A DNA stretch of 64,000 nt from the human T2T-CHM13v2.0 reference genome, Homo sapiens. The notes beneath the pieces are model-generated. The model was not told where the DNA came from, ran no database searches, and saw nothing but the letters and a program-made list of their open reading frames with translations. The translations under genes were made by a program, and so were the position numbers. The stretch is taken from the NCBI RefSeq assembly GCF_009914755.1, contig NC_060935.1; one strand, written 5' to 3'. This document shows, one piece after another, positions 1 through 13,492 of the stretch (its first letter is position 1; each line of letters begins with the position of its first letter).

Positions 1-91
1 TTGAGCCTAGGAGCTTGAGACTGCAGTGTGACGTGATTGTGCCACTGGACTCCAGCCTGAGTGACAGAGCAAGACCTTGTCTCAAAAAAAA
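1..91 (+). mobile_element. Alu 3' end (AluJ-like), cut by window edge
   Basis: ...ctgcagtg...ctccagcctgagtgacagagcaagaccttgtctc followed by an A tail. Confidence 0.9.
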
Positions 92-694
92 GGTGGGGGT
101 GGGTACATTTTGGTCTTTTTCAGGGACTGTGATAGCCTGTCTGGGAGGGAACAGTGGGATGTGGCTGCTGGACACTTAATGGGATTTCAGGAAGATTTCA
201 ACATAGTAGAAGGCAAGGCCTTCTGTTACTCAGACTTCCTGTGGAAAGGGTTGCCTCTGAAGGGAATGAGTACTCCATTTTTGGAGATGGTTTGTTGGCC
301 AGCTAAGGGCAGCTAGAGAGGTGGTCCCTGTTGGGGTGGAAGACGCTGAGTACACATCATCTTGCTGAGAGATAAGGAGTCTAATTGCAAGAAAGAACCT
401 TGGAGATGATTTAGTTCAGTTCCCTCATTTTGCAGTTTGAAAAATCAAGGTCCAATGCATGGACATCAATTATCCAAGGTTACACAGAACCCAGTCTAGA
501 ATTCAATGCAGCTTCCACTCCAGGCTGCTTTCTGCTACACTACAGTAGGTGTGCCTATATGCGTCTATATCCAGATGTTTAGATGTAAGAGAGAACATGT
601 ATATCCCTATTTTTATATATATATAATCTTACGTATGTTCATTCATTCTACCTGAGGTATCTGGAGAAACTCCTTATGGCTGACATACCTCTCT

Positions 695-996
<302 letters not shown>

Positions 997-1309
997 TGAC
1001 ATACCTCTCTTAAAGAGTAAAATCAATCTCATGAGAAAAGTCAGTAACTGAATCTTAACCTGGGTGATACCTTTTTCCGGCTGTGCTGCTTACTAGCTGG
1101 GTGGCGTTGGACCTATTACCTTTCTAGGCCTCATCGTTCAAACTGGGATGAAAATCCACCTAAATAACTTAGTAGACTGAGTGTAATGTAGATTAAATGA
1201 AAGGGTGATTATGAGACTATATTTTACAAAAGGTGAGTTACGTTGTATAAACATAAACTGATGTTGACATCTAGGGGCAATGAAAACTTGAGAAAATGAC
1301 ATTGGATGT

Positions 1310-1700
1310 TGATATGGTTTAGATGTTTGTTTCCTCCAAATGTCATGCTGAAATGTAACCTCCAGTGTTGGAAATGGGGCCTGCTGGGAGGTACTGGATC
1401 ACAGAGGTAGATCCCTCATGATGGCTTAGCACCATCCCCTTGCTGATGAGTGAGCTCTGATTATTTAGAGTGTGGCACCTTCCCAGCCCCTTGCTCCCTC
1501 TCTCACCATGTGATATGCTGGCTTCCTCTTTTGCCTTCCGCCATGACTGTAAGCTTCCTGAGGCCCTCACCAGAAGCTAAGCAGGGGTTGGTACCATGCT
1601 TGTGCAGCCTGCAGAACCGTAAGCCAATTAAACCTCTTTTCTTTATGAATTACCCAGCCTCAGGTATTTCTTTATAACAACACAAGAACAGACTAACACA
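1310..1700 (+). mobile_element. MaLR solo LTR (MSTB-like)
   Basis: TGATATGGTTT...GACTAACACA termini, attaaacctcttttcttt poly(A)-signal region, 5-bp TSD GATGT on both sides. Confidence 0.9.
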
Positions 1701-1946
1701 GATGTTTTAAAGAAAAGAAAAAAATACAATGAATTCTTCTAGTCTACTTACTTAGTAGATTAATAATTTGTGGAACCACACACTATCAGGCCTTGCCTGG
1801 AATATCCCTTTGAGGGCTTATCCAGCCCTCACAACTTAAGAGAGAAGTTCTCACCACATCCAAAGTCAGTCATTCCTCTATTGAACAGCTCCAACAAGAC
1901 ACAAAGTTCTTCCTTATATGGAGTCAAAATGCCACTCAGTAATTTC

Positions 1947-2335
<389 letters not shown>

Positions 2336-2449
2336 TTACCCTACTGAGCCTCAGGATGAATATGACCAGTCTGACTGGCTAGCTGGTTTCTGGCCTCCCT
2401 GAAGACTCCTCATACACACCTTGGTCCCACAGTGCAGCTTGCACTAGGG

Positions 2450-2661
2450 CAGTGTTTCTCATACAGAGGGCAATTTTGCCCCATAAGGGACACTTAGCAA
2501 TGTTTAGAAACATTTTTGGTTGTCACAATGAGGCTTTCCTACTGGCATGTAGGGTAGAGGCCAGGGATGCTGTTAAACATCCTATAATGCACAGGACAGC
2601 GCCCCCACAACAAAGAATTATTTGGCCTAGATGTCAATAGTGCTGAGATTAAGAAGCCCTG
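2450..2661 (+). mobile_element. MER20 (hAT-Charlie non-autonomous DNA transposon)
   Basis: CAGTGTTTCTC...AAGCCCTG termini; internal gggtagaggccagggatgctgttaaacatcctataatgcacaggacagc. Confidence 0.85.
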
Positions 2662-3011
2662 TGCTAGAGGGGGGAGCCCTCTCTGTCCAAAGACCCACAG
2701 ACCTTCAAAATGTGCCCTCTGTCCTTTCCCCCTAAAATGCAGTAACAGTCCTTCCCCAATCAACTTGTTGGCCAGGTGAGTATTTCCTTCTCCTTCCCTC
2801 AGTGCTTTGTGTTTCCCCAAAGCTGAGTGCATGATCAAAGAGAATGACCTTTCCTGAATAAGGAGGGGTAATTTTTTGCCTGGGTAAAAGAACCTCTTAA
2901 AACATTATTTATCTCATAAATGTCATTTTAAAAAGCTCCCTTTCCTTTCTTCCTAAGAAACAAATCAGTCCCAACCAAGGGGAACAAGGAAATGAGACAG
3001 GCTGTATTTAC

Positions 3012-3137
3012 TGAAAGCCGCAGAGGATGCTTGGTAAGTTCGGTTCTCGGTCCCGGTGTCCACTGGGAGGTGGAAGGTGCCTTCAGTGCCACAGGAAGAC
3101 GAGTTCTGTGGCCAGGCCTGTTTCATCAGCAGAGTTG
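3012..3137 (-). CDS. FAM168A: FAM168A internal coding exon, 126 nt: (A)[41 protein letters not shown]
   Basis: ctaatgccattcttgtgtcttcccttaag|CAACTCTG...GCTTTCA|gtaaat. Open frame, phase 1-1, CpG-enriched relative to its flanks. The remaining exons lie left of the window. Confidence 0.95.
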
Positions 3138-6099
3138 CTTAAGGGAAGACACAAGAATGGCATTAGACAGAAATAAGAAGTGGCCACCACCAATCACAGA
3201 CACAAAGCAAGGGTCTTGTGCTGGACAGAAACATACAACCCAAGGGGCCTGTTCAGACACATGGGATGGTCAGCCTTTCTGAGATGGCTGAGTGGGTTAG
3301 GAGGAGTGCTGAAGTATGTTTCCAAATGATTTGAAATCAAGGAAATCTGAACTTACACTAAAAGAGTCAGGACTTTCTACCTACTACTAAAACCACAAAG
3401 ATGCCCATGAATAACCATCTCCTACTACCTGACACTGTGGCCTAGGGCTCTGGTATATTCCTCAGCCACTTTCTCATTAATGTGTAACAACTTGGGAGCC
3501 TTTGTGTGTCACCAGATCAACTGAGCACTCTTTGTTGTCTGAAATATCATCTGGAGGTATATTTATAAGCTGCTTTCAAAGACAGGCCCACAAATAATGA
3601 CCACATTACATGAACCTTGCTGGACTACCATCTCTTCTGAAGGGACTGAGCTGTGGCCATGGTAGCTTAAAAGGCACTGGGCACTGTGCCACACCGAACC
3701 TAGTTAGCCAGTGGGGCACTCCTTGCTAATAACTCCTTCTCCTGTACACCCAGCTGAGGCCAGACAGACATACTTCTTGCATACCCCTGAATATCTCCTA
3801 CTGAGGTGTTACTGGGTGCCCCACCTGGGATATTTCCTCATGAATTAGAGGTGGTCCTTTGGGCCATTAAGAAAGCACATATGAAATTTGGGGTAGGTAG
3901 GAAATATAGATGAGGCCCAGTTTAAGATCTGCAAAGACTTCCCAGGCTGACTCAAAGCTCAGCTCGAGACATCTGAAGGATGATACTTCATATGTTTTAG
4001 AAATGGGGAGTGACTCAAAAAACTTACCTTCATGGTGTCCTGAGGGAAGGAGAAGAGAAACAGAGTTCTGAAGTGGGACTTGCCTAACTTTTTAGACATT
4101 TTCCTTATTATAATTTCAAACACTAGAGAGGAAACATTCTTGACTCAAATTACTGTTTATGGTAAAACGAAGAATTTTAGCAACATATTTTCCACTCAAA
4201 TAAAGTCTTGGGGGGGGGGTCATGGATATGGGGTGCTATATAGTATATTAGCAGAAGGTGGGGCTGCATTGGCAATACTTAAAACATTTAAATAAGAGGC
4301 TAAGACAGGGTGTTATGAGAATAAAGTATGCCTATACACTCTCTAATTCCACCAGGACAAGGACATTCTACCTCTAGAGAGATCCCGTAACCCCCTCTGC
4401 CCATTCAGGTAACAGGTAATGCCTCTGGTTCCTTCGATCCCAGAAGTACTGGGGCCAGAGAAGGTCAGGGACTGTGCTGTTTTTGTTGAACCAAGGCTAG
4501 AATTATGGCTATTGTAGGCTGACTCTGCATTTGCATTAATGGCCAGCAATATATACAGCAGATGCTGAGAAATGAGAAGGAAATCATGGGCAGGAAAGTC
4601 ACACTAAAAGGAGAATTCTGATAAGAGAAATGGAGACCCAGCAGTACTCCATGTAGAGCCCAGGGCCTTTCCTGGACATGAAGACATGGCTCTGCAGACA
4701 ATGCAGGAGGAGGAGAGTCTGTTTTAAACAATCATTTTGCGTTTCTTTTCTTTGGGGGGGTGGGAAACAGGAAAGGGATAAAGAATCCAATTAGTGTTAA
4801 CAAATCTTATCAACATGTCTCCAAATTTAGACTCTGCCACACATGTGGCTGGAAAGCAGTGGCCACCCAAAACAACTCTCTAAAAAGTAAAACATGTAGC
4901 TCTGAAAAGTCAGATAAAGCAAACCCATGCCCTCAAGACCCCGCAGGAATGCCATTAGGGGGCAGGAGGCCTGAATTTGGCTGTAGGAATTTAGAGAATT
5001 TGGAGGTTCTCTTCCATTCAAATTTTTTCCTCCAAGTGGTATATACTTTACCATAATTTTCATCATAAGCCAAAAGTCTGACATTAGCCTGAAGGACTGT
5101 GTGACCATTAAAGTTAGTAAATTAAACTAACTTATTCTTTACAAAAGAGTAAATCATTCTTTTATCCAAAGAGTGACTGAGGTCTACACTGCACTCAGCA
5201 CTGAGGGGAGCGCCACGGTGGAAGGGAACACACGTGGGTCACAGTCACCGCACACAAGGTACTTATGGTCTAGCTGGGGATGCAACACAGCCACACGCCA
5301 ACCAGGGAGTGAACAAGACAGCATGATACATAGTAAAATAATGTTCCAGGTTAACCAGGAAAGAAGCAAGTGCGACTGTGCCTTTGGTTACTATGTCTTT
5401 TCCAACTGATGACATGAACTATACTGTATATTTTTCTGAATAAAAATATTTTTCTTTATTTTCTTCTGGTTTCTTTACAAAGAAAATGAATTAGTGTTTT
5501 CCGTACGCCTCTGTATATTTGAATCCTTATAATTTACATAACTAGATAAATGTGAAAACACATCAAAAAAACAAATATTAGCTGTCAACTTGACCTCCCC
5601 ATTAGTTAGTTGTACCATGTGATCCAGCTCCTCCATATAACGATTCTAAAGTCACCCATTCTATTGGTGGGAGCGATTCAGAGCTCAGTTGTGGGATGAA
5701 GACAATCCCAACTGAAGCTTTTAGAGGCATGGTCACAGAGGAGGCTGCTCTGAATGGCATGCCTGCCTTTGGGTGCTTGAAAAGTACCACTTCCTAGAGA
5801 TGTTTTGTATTTTGAACTAAGTGGTAGTTAAATATAGGCATATACATATGTAAAGACATTATTAAGCTGTACACTTAAGTGTACTTTATATACTTTGCCG
5901 TCTATATGTTATCCCTCAATTAAACGAGAGAGAGAGAGAGAAAGAACCCTTGGCAGTGAAGGGCCATGGGCCCAGTCACAGCATGCTGCCCACATCCAGG
6001 TGCTGGGTTGTTCACTTCCCTGGATACGGGGCCCTCACGCCCTCTGACAGTTGAACAATCTGTTTAGCACACTTACAAGGAGACGAGGCAGCAAGGGAC

Positions 6100-7010
6100 C
6101 ATCATCCTGAACAATGTACTGAGTCAGGAAATCTGAGTTGTAGCCTGGGCTCTGCCACTTATTAGCTATGGGACCTTGGGCAAGTTACTTAACCTTTCTA
6201 AACTTCAGTTTTGTTGTCTCATAAAATGGCAATAATCATCACTCCTTGATTGCTTCATAGTACTGATGTGAGGGTCAAAAATAAAGTGTCACCCAGTCTT
6301 ATAGTTTCTAGTTCTGGTTTCTGTCCCCTCTTCCATCTCCAAAGTTGTAGGCTACAGCTCTAATTGAAGCTCTCATCGTCTCTCATCTGAACTACACTAC
6401 TGCAACTGCTTCCTCATGTTAAATCTGCTGCCCCCAATTTTCAAGCTGCACTCAGAGCGATATACCTAAGACCTAAACCTAATCATAAAACCCCCTTTCT
6501 TGAAAACATTCCATAGTTCTCCACTGACTCTAAGCTAAAGTTTGAACTCCTGTGTAGCATTCAATGCCCCACCATGATCATCTTGTCCCAATGACCTCTC
6601 TAGACTCTCTCATTGTTCTCAATCTCCAGCCCATACTACAGCCACAGAAACTGCTTATCATTCCCAGAATATGCCAAGGAGCTTCACATCTCCATGTTTT
6701 TGTCCACACTGCTACCTCTTCTGGCATGTATCTCCCCAAACTCCATCTGGTAATATTAATTAATCCATCAATCATGAGCTGAAGACTCACACCTACTACG
6801 AAGCCTTTCCTTCTCCCCACCCCTTAACCACAGCTCTCTCATGCATACCTATAAACTGACTATCCCAATCCCTATGATTCTTGGAAGCACCTGTACTTGA
6901 TGGCATGTCTTCTCTCCACTAAACTGTGAGCTCCTTGAGAACAAGCCCCTTGTCTTACTAGTCTTCGTATTTTCAAAGGGCCAGCTTAGAGCCTGGCACA
7001 GAATTTTATA
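6100..7010 (+). mobile_element. MIR followed by L2 fragment
   Basis: MIR core (gaccttgggcaagttacttaacct...) at ~6100-6290 and L2 3' region (ctccactaaactgtgagctccttgag...cctggcacag) to ~7010. Confidence 0.7.
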
Positions 7011-8159
7011 AAGTGAAGAACTGCATCCGTATTCTTTATGCAGATCTATTTCAGATGCTATAACTGGAAGGGGAAGAATGAAAGCTTCTCTAACTTTTTA
7101 TGCACCCTTCTGTCCAGGTTCATATATCCTGAGGCAAACAAAAAATGACTACATGAGAAACAGGTCTGCAACTAACAAAATTGAAGTAATAAAATTATAA
7201 GAGGACAGTGTATTAGCATTTAAAGGGACCTCAGAGATCATGTGAAATTAAACAATTTATCTATGGCCTGGAGACAGTAGTAAATTGCCCAAGATCACAC
7301 AGCCCACAGCAGTGGCAAGGAGAAATTTCACAGCTCATCTCCTGACAGATGCGCGACACACAAATTCAATTTCCAGCATCCAAATAATTCAAGGTTAAAA
7401 GTTGAGAAAGGGTGCAGAAATTTTACAAAAACATTTTCCTGAGCAGCCCAGGTGAGGGTGGTGAAAGTTGCAAGTCCCTCCCATGGTCCCTTCCTGTCTA
7501 TGACAAAAAGGACCTAGTCAAGTTATACTGTTGGGACCCTCACAGGTGCCCAGAAGTTCCCGTGGTGCCTTGGGCCTGGAGTCCACACTGTCCAGAGAAC
7601 CCAGTTCTGGTCCCTCATTTATCAGCACGCTGCCCCCCCCACCTCTCACCATCTTCTAGGAAAATGAGCCCAGAGCTCAAGTTCTGGGCTAAGGGAACAT
7701 ATTGTATCTAAAGTCAACCAGGTCTTCAAACATGTCAGACTGCCGATGGAGATGGAAAATCTGATCCTGGGGCAGACTAGTTTTTTGGGTTCTAATAGGC
7801 ATAATCCAGGTACTCCTTCACAGAGGCTACCACAAAGCCAACTGAGGAGCTGCATACAGGCCCTGGAATTTTTATTCATTTGTTTGTTTGAATTCGGCAG
7901 CCAGGTTAGGTTGAGAGACGCCTTTTAGTGCCATGATCCTTTGCTGCTGCCCTAGGGACGGTTCATGTGTGTCTCCAACCCATGATTTTTGCACCATCAG
8001 ACACGTTCCTGCATGCTTTAGGAACTGCTGCTGAGCCACCTGGGGGGAGCCCAAGCCTAGGGGATGGGATTTGGGGAGGAGAGGAGAGGGGATCTACCAT
8101 TGTTACGAGAGAACACATTCATAGGCTGTAATACAGATGAGGAAAAATAGCTTTCCTAC

Positions 8160-8186
8160 CATAAGCTGAATGCAGGAACTGAAACT
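8160..8186 (-). CDS. FAM168A: FAM168A 27-nt microexon: (E)FQFLHSAY, probably alternatively spliced
   Basis: actaacatttctatccaacag|AGTTTCAGTTCCTGCATTCAGCTTATG|gtagga. Phase 1-1. Matches the EFQFLHSAY segment I recall in the longer FAM168A protein. Confidence 0.92.
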
Positions 8187-8729
8187 CTGTTGGATAGAAA
8201 TGTTAGTTGAAATTACCACTAAGAATTTGTGCAAAGTTGTATACATTGCAGTTACATAAACAGACTTTGTTTTGCAATAGCAGTTTCCCCCCAGCTTCAC
8301 AAAAGCAGTAAATAAAGATGTAAAACACCTTTACCCTAGAGAGGGTGACAGACATGTCATCTGGGAAAGTCCATTCAATGCAGAGAGCCCCTCCCTGGAT
8401 GCCATAGTGTCTTCCAGACAGCTGACCCAGAGCTGCCGGATGTGAACAAGCCCAAGTTCCTGCTTTTTGCTTGTCTGTTATAAGAATACATTTCAGTTCT
8501 CCCAGGAACTGCAGAGGGATTTCACATATGGCAGATGTGTTAGAGGAAGTGAAGGTTCAGAGACAATATCACCATCTTTGGCCTCTAAAGAGCTGTCTGT
8601 AAAACCTCTAAGAGATAGGACCAGTGCAGAGGCACTCCATCCCTGAAGCCTCTGGGTCACTGTGGTGCTATAGAAGGAGCACAGGTTGTAGGGTCAGACA
8701 AGTTGGGTTTGAATCCCAGCTATACTGCC

Positions 8730-8986
8730 TTTTTTGGAGACAGTGTCTCACTTTGTTGCCCAGGCTGGAATGCAGTGGTGCAATGATAGCTCAATGCAGC
8801 CTCCGGCTCCTGGGCTCAAGTGATCCTTCTGTCTCAGCCTCCTAAGTAACTGAGACTACAGGTGCATGCCACCAAGCCTGCCTGTTTTTTAAAATTTAAT
8901 TTTTTGTAGAGACAGGGTCTTACCATGTTGCCCAGGCTGGTCTTGACCTTTGGCCTCAAGGGATCCCCCCGCCTTGCCCTCCCAAA
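8730..8986 (-). mobile_element. AluJ, 5'-truncated, inside a MIR
   Basis: AluJ diagnostics (gatagctca, ctgggctcaag); MIR sequence on both sides. Confidence 0.85.
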
Positions 8987-9781
8987 TCTACTGGTTTTTA
9001 GCTGTATAACTTTGGGCAACTTATTTAACCTGTTTGAACAAAGTTGGAGGCAAGAAGCCCCAACTCACAAGACTAAGGTAAAAATGAATGTTTGTAACAT
9101 GACTTGTGCAGGGCTTGGAACAGGGCAGCTGTTCAGAAAGCACAAATTCCTTTTCCCTACCCTTCTCCAAGTTTGTTGTATGTAAAATGGGAATAATGTA
9201 TTTGTACTTTATAGGGATGCAGTGAAATCAAATGAGACAATAGGGGAAAATGTTTTGTCAAAAGATTCTCATGAGGAGGTTATTTTATTTTTATCTGTAT
9301 TAGTTAACCTGTTTATCCGTCCCTTCATTTATTTTCAAGCCAGATTACCATTAATAGGTCCCTCGATTCTGAAAGCCAAGTCTTGATTGGCTCCTACCTC
9401 TTGTGGGGCCAAAGAGTTCTTAAATAAGATCCCTGAAATCATTAAGAGCTTGGGAAAAAGCTCCAAATACCCACATTGCTTTCAGAACCAATGAAAAGAG
9501 TGAAATGTTTCCCTGCATCCTGGACAGATGACATCTCAGGGTATTCAGAGCTGCTAAAAATAGCTCTCTCTCAAGCAACTTCTGGGTCTCCTTAAAGCAG
9601 CTGAAAGAAATTTAAACCTAAGAGCCTGGTTCCTTCTGAAGGCACCTCTGTGCATCACAAATGGCTAGCTCTGGCAGGAAGGTGAGAGTAACCTACACTG
9701 TCCTTTCTGACCTTGAGCCAGCTTCTCCATGGTAGGAAGTCCCCCAGTCAGGAAATCTGCACTGTGAATCCAGAGGCCAGC

Positions 9782-9840
9782 ATTCCAAAATATGCTGTGT
9801 GTGTGTGTATGTGTGTGTGTGTGTAGGATTCCAAAATATG

Positions 9841-9874
<34 letters not shown>

Positions 9875-9875
9875 G
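9782..9875. repeat. Two-copy tandem unit ATTCCAAAATATGC-(TG)n-TA(G/A)G
   Basis: Read directly; units of 46 and 48 nt. Confidence 0.95.
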
Positions 9876-10095
9876 TAACTCAAAGGGAAAGGGATCTTCC
9901 CAAGGTTGCACCAAAATCAGAAGCAAAGTTAGTGCTACAATCTAGGTCTTTCAACTCCGAGTTTGGGGCCTTTAAATACAATACTCTAACGCTACCCTCT
10001 CTTATGGATTTTGTGTGTTTTTGAGAAAATAGTCTGGGTGACTTTAGTAGAAATATGTTGACTTTTAAAAACAAAATTGGGGACAATCAAGTTAG

Positions 10096-10428
<333 letters not shown>

Positions 10429-13363
10429 TGGAAATATGTTGACTTTTAAAAACAAAATTGGGGAAAATCAAGTTAGATGAGGGCTTACTTTTTGCTTGTT
10501 TTAAAATTAAAGCTGAATAACATGCCAGGATGTACTCAATCTCAATCTCTTTTTTTCCCCTACAGTTTCAGCCTCCTCCTATCTGCACTCCTTTCCCTCT
10601 TTAGCCAGTCTAACGCCTTAATTTCTCTCTGGCCCACTGATGCAACCACAATGTAGCAGTTAAGAGCTCATGCAGCACAGTGGCAGGGTGCTGGGGCTTG
10701 GATCTTTGGGCTAATTATGTAACTTCTCTAAGCTTTAGTTTTCCCATTTCGGAAATGGGGATAATAAGAGTACCAACCTCAAAAGTTTATTGCAATATGC
10801 AACAAGCTAATATAGATAAAGAACTTCAAATAGTTCCTGACACATAGAAAACATTCAATAAATAGTAGCTATTTATTCCATGTCTTTCCACTTATTGGCA
10901 AACTGATCCGAAACAATCCCACAGTCTATCACCAGAGGTGCTGAACATTATGAGAAAATAGCCCAGTGCTGGGGATGAGAGCCTGGACAAATTCACAGCC
11001 TCCACCATTCAGATGGGCCCCCCAATGTGACCCTGCTCTGTTATCTTTTGGTAGTTTCCAGTCCTACTCCTTCCTGTGAGGCTCTCACATCCTGACCTCC
11101 CTGGTTAAGAACCCTCCTTGATCTCTACTCCCCTCTGTCTCAGCAAATCAAGGTCATTAGATGAGAATTCTCCACTTTCCACTGGGCAATTTATTCTAAG
11201 CACATCTATCTGTGACCTTTCCTTTAGTCTTTCCTTTAGTTGCCCTCCTGCGTGAGGCACCCTGTCTCCACCTGCTACTCAACTTCCCAAACCAAAGAAG
11301 AGAACTGAGCTCCAGATTTCCCACCCCTACAGCAGCCTCTGTGGAGGCCCGGCTCTGATTGGCACCACCTCTCCTGTATCTCTGACTTGTCCTCTCCACT
11401 TGCACCTTCCTATCAGTACCCCACACTCATACCTGAGAAAACCTTCCTTCAACCCTACATTCACTTCTAGTCAGTGTCCTTTTGTTTTTCCTTTCCTGGT
11501 AGCTAAGCTTCTAGTAAGAATAGGCTATATATGCTAAATCTACTTCTTCACTCCTGATTCACTGCACTCTGGTTTCTAGCCTCACCACTTCACTGACAAT
11601 GCTTCCAATGAGGCCACTGATGGCCTCCTGACTAGAAAGACAATGAATCTTCTTCACTCTTGATCTTACTTGACCTTTTGCAACAACTCATTTTGTTTCT
11701 AGACAGTTTACAAAGTCAATTCACAGATCTCATAGCACTTAAATTTAAGTCATTTATATATCATGATACACATGATCCTCAAAGCCATTGTAGTTAAGAT
11801 AGAACTTACCAAATTTGATTATCAGAGAGAATTTCTGTAGCTTTTATTGTTTTTGCCTTCTATCATAGATCTTAGGGAAAATATTATATGTCATATTGAC
11901 TAAAGGTAAATATGAAACCAGTGCTGAGATACCATTATAGAACTTTAGCCCATGTGTCACTGCTCCCTTCATAAGCTTTCCAAAGGCAATGACTACAGCT
12001 TCCTCAAGTTTGAATCATCTACAGGGTCTTCCAAAGTATCTTGGGCATAACAGAGTGGGTCAAAATGTCTGTGAAATGACACATCTATGTAAGCACCTTA
12101 GGGGATACCATAGCCTATTTACATAAAATAGCTCTTGTTTGTCCAAAAAACAGGGGCTGTCTGATAACTTCTTGGTGTGTGTGTATAATTATGACATGAT
12201 TCCTACTTAGAGATGGGGGAAATGAGGTTCTGATAGGTCAGGTGACTCTAAGGTTGCGAATCTAGGAAATGACACAGTGAGGACTCAAATCTAGGTCTTC
12301 AGACAACCTGTATTCTTTTCTCCTTTAAGTAAGCCCCAAGAAAGAGAATGACAGTAGAATAAATACTAGATTGGCAGAGAAAAGCATAGGACGAGAGTCA
12401 GGAGATCTGCCAAAGATTCTAGTCCATATGTGGCTGCTGACTCACTGGGTAACTTGGGACAAAACACTGCTTTTTGATTCTCCTTTTTCAAGAGAAAAGG
12501 TTGAACTGGACGATCTCTAAGGTCTTTTGAAGCTTTCTAATTCTATAATGATAAGTGCTAAACAAGAAAATGGGCGGGTATTATCAAGACATTCAAGGCC
12601 TCTCCAAGTCAGCCCTTGTATATCTATAGTTCAGATTCATCTAGCTGCTCACAGTTTAGCCACTCCCCTACTTCTACGTTCCTCACAGTGTCATGTTCTC
12701 ACATCTCTAAGCCTCTGCCCATGCTCTACTCTGCCTGGAATGCCCACTATTCCTTTGTGTGCTTAAAGAACAGCTTCTACTTCTTCAAATCTCTGTTGTT
12801 CTCCACTCTCTGAAGCTTCCCCTACACTTTCACCCCCAGGCAGACCGTTGTTCCCTCCTCCTTCCATGTATTCCTTTTTACAATACTTAGCACATTAGTA
12901 CTGCAGTGAGTTTATATGCCAGGCTCCCAAATGGGAGCTACTTCAGGCAGGCAAAGATGGCATCATTTAATTTTTCTATTCCAGTATGGAAGACATTCAA
13001 TACTTATTGAGTAAATGGAACTTACATAAAACCATCCACAACCCTGAGGCAGGTAGTCACATTTGAATCTTAGAGAGGTGAGGTGACTTGCCCAAGGCCT
13101 TACAACTAGTGAGTTGGGTAATCAGGATTCAAACCCAGGACTTTCTAACCACAGAGCCCATACTCTTTCTCCTGCTCTTGAGTATTAGAGCACCAGCTGA
13201 GCATGAGTGTTAAGATCAGAACTAAGACCACTGCAATGATCCAAGCCCAAAATGGAATAAACCTTTTCAACATTTTCAAACCCATTTCAACCTCAATCCG
13301 AGTGTTGGGCCTTTATTATTTTTGAAAAACAAGTAGCTTATCTCAGCTTGAAAACCATCTCTT

Positions 13364-13376
13364 TGCCCTCTGGTGG
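13364..13376 (-). promoter_or_regulatory. CTCF core motif candidate CCACCAGAGGGCA
   Basis: Matches consensus CCASYAGRKGGCR; occupancy unknown. Confidence 0.5.
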
Positions 13377-13384
13377 CAAGAGCA

Positions 13385-13492
13385 TGTGTGTGTGTGTGTG
13401 TGTGTGTGTCCCAAGGTGTGTGTGTGTGTGTGTGTGTGTGTCCCAAGGGGTGTGTGGGTGTGTGTGTGTCCCAAGGTGTGTGTGTGTCCCAA
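13385..13492. repeat. Compound microsatellite [(TG)n-TCCCAA(GG)] x4
   Basis: TCCCAA at 13409, 13441, 13469 and 13487, separated by TG runs. Confidence 0.95.

Noticed and set aside
2992-3282. Plus-strand 96-aa ORF
   Set aside because: Antisense shadow of the real minus-strand 126-nt exon.
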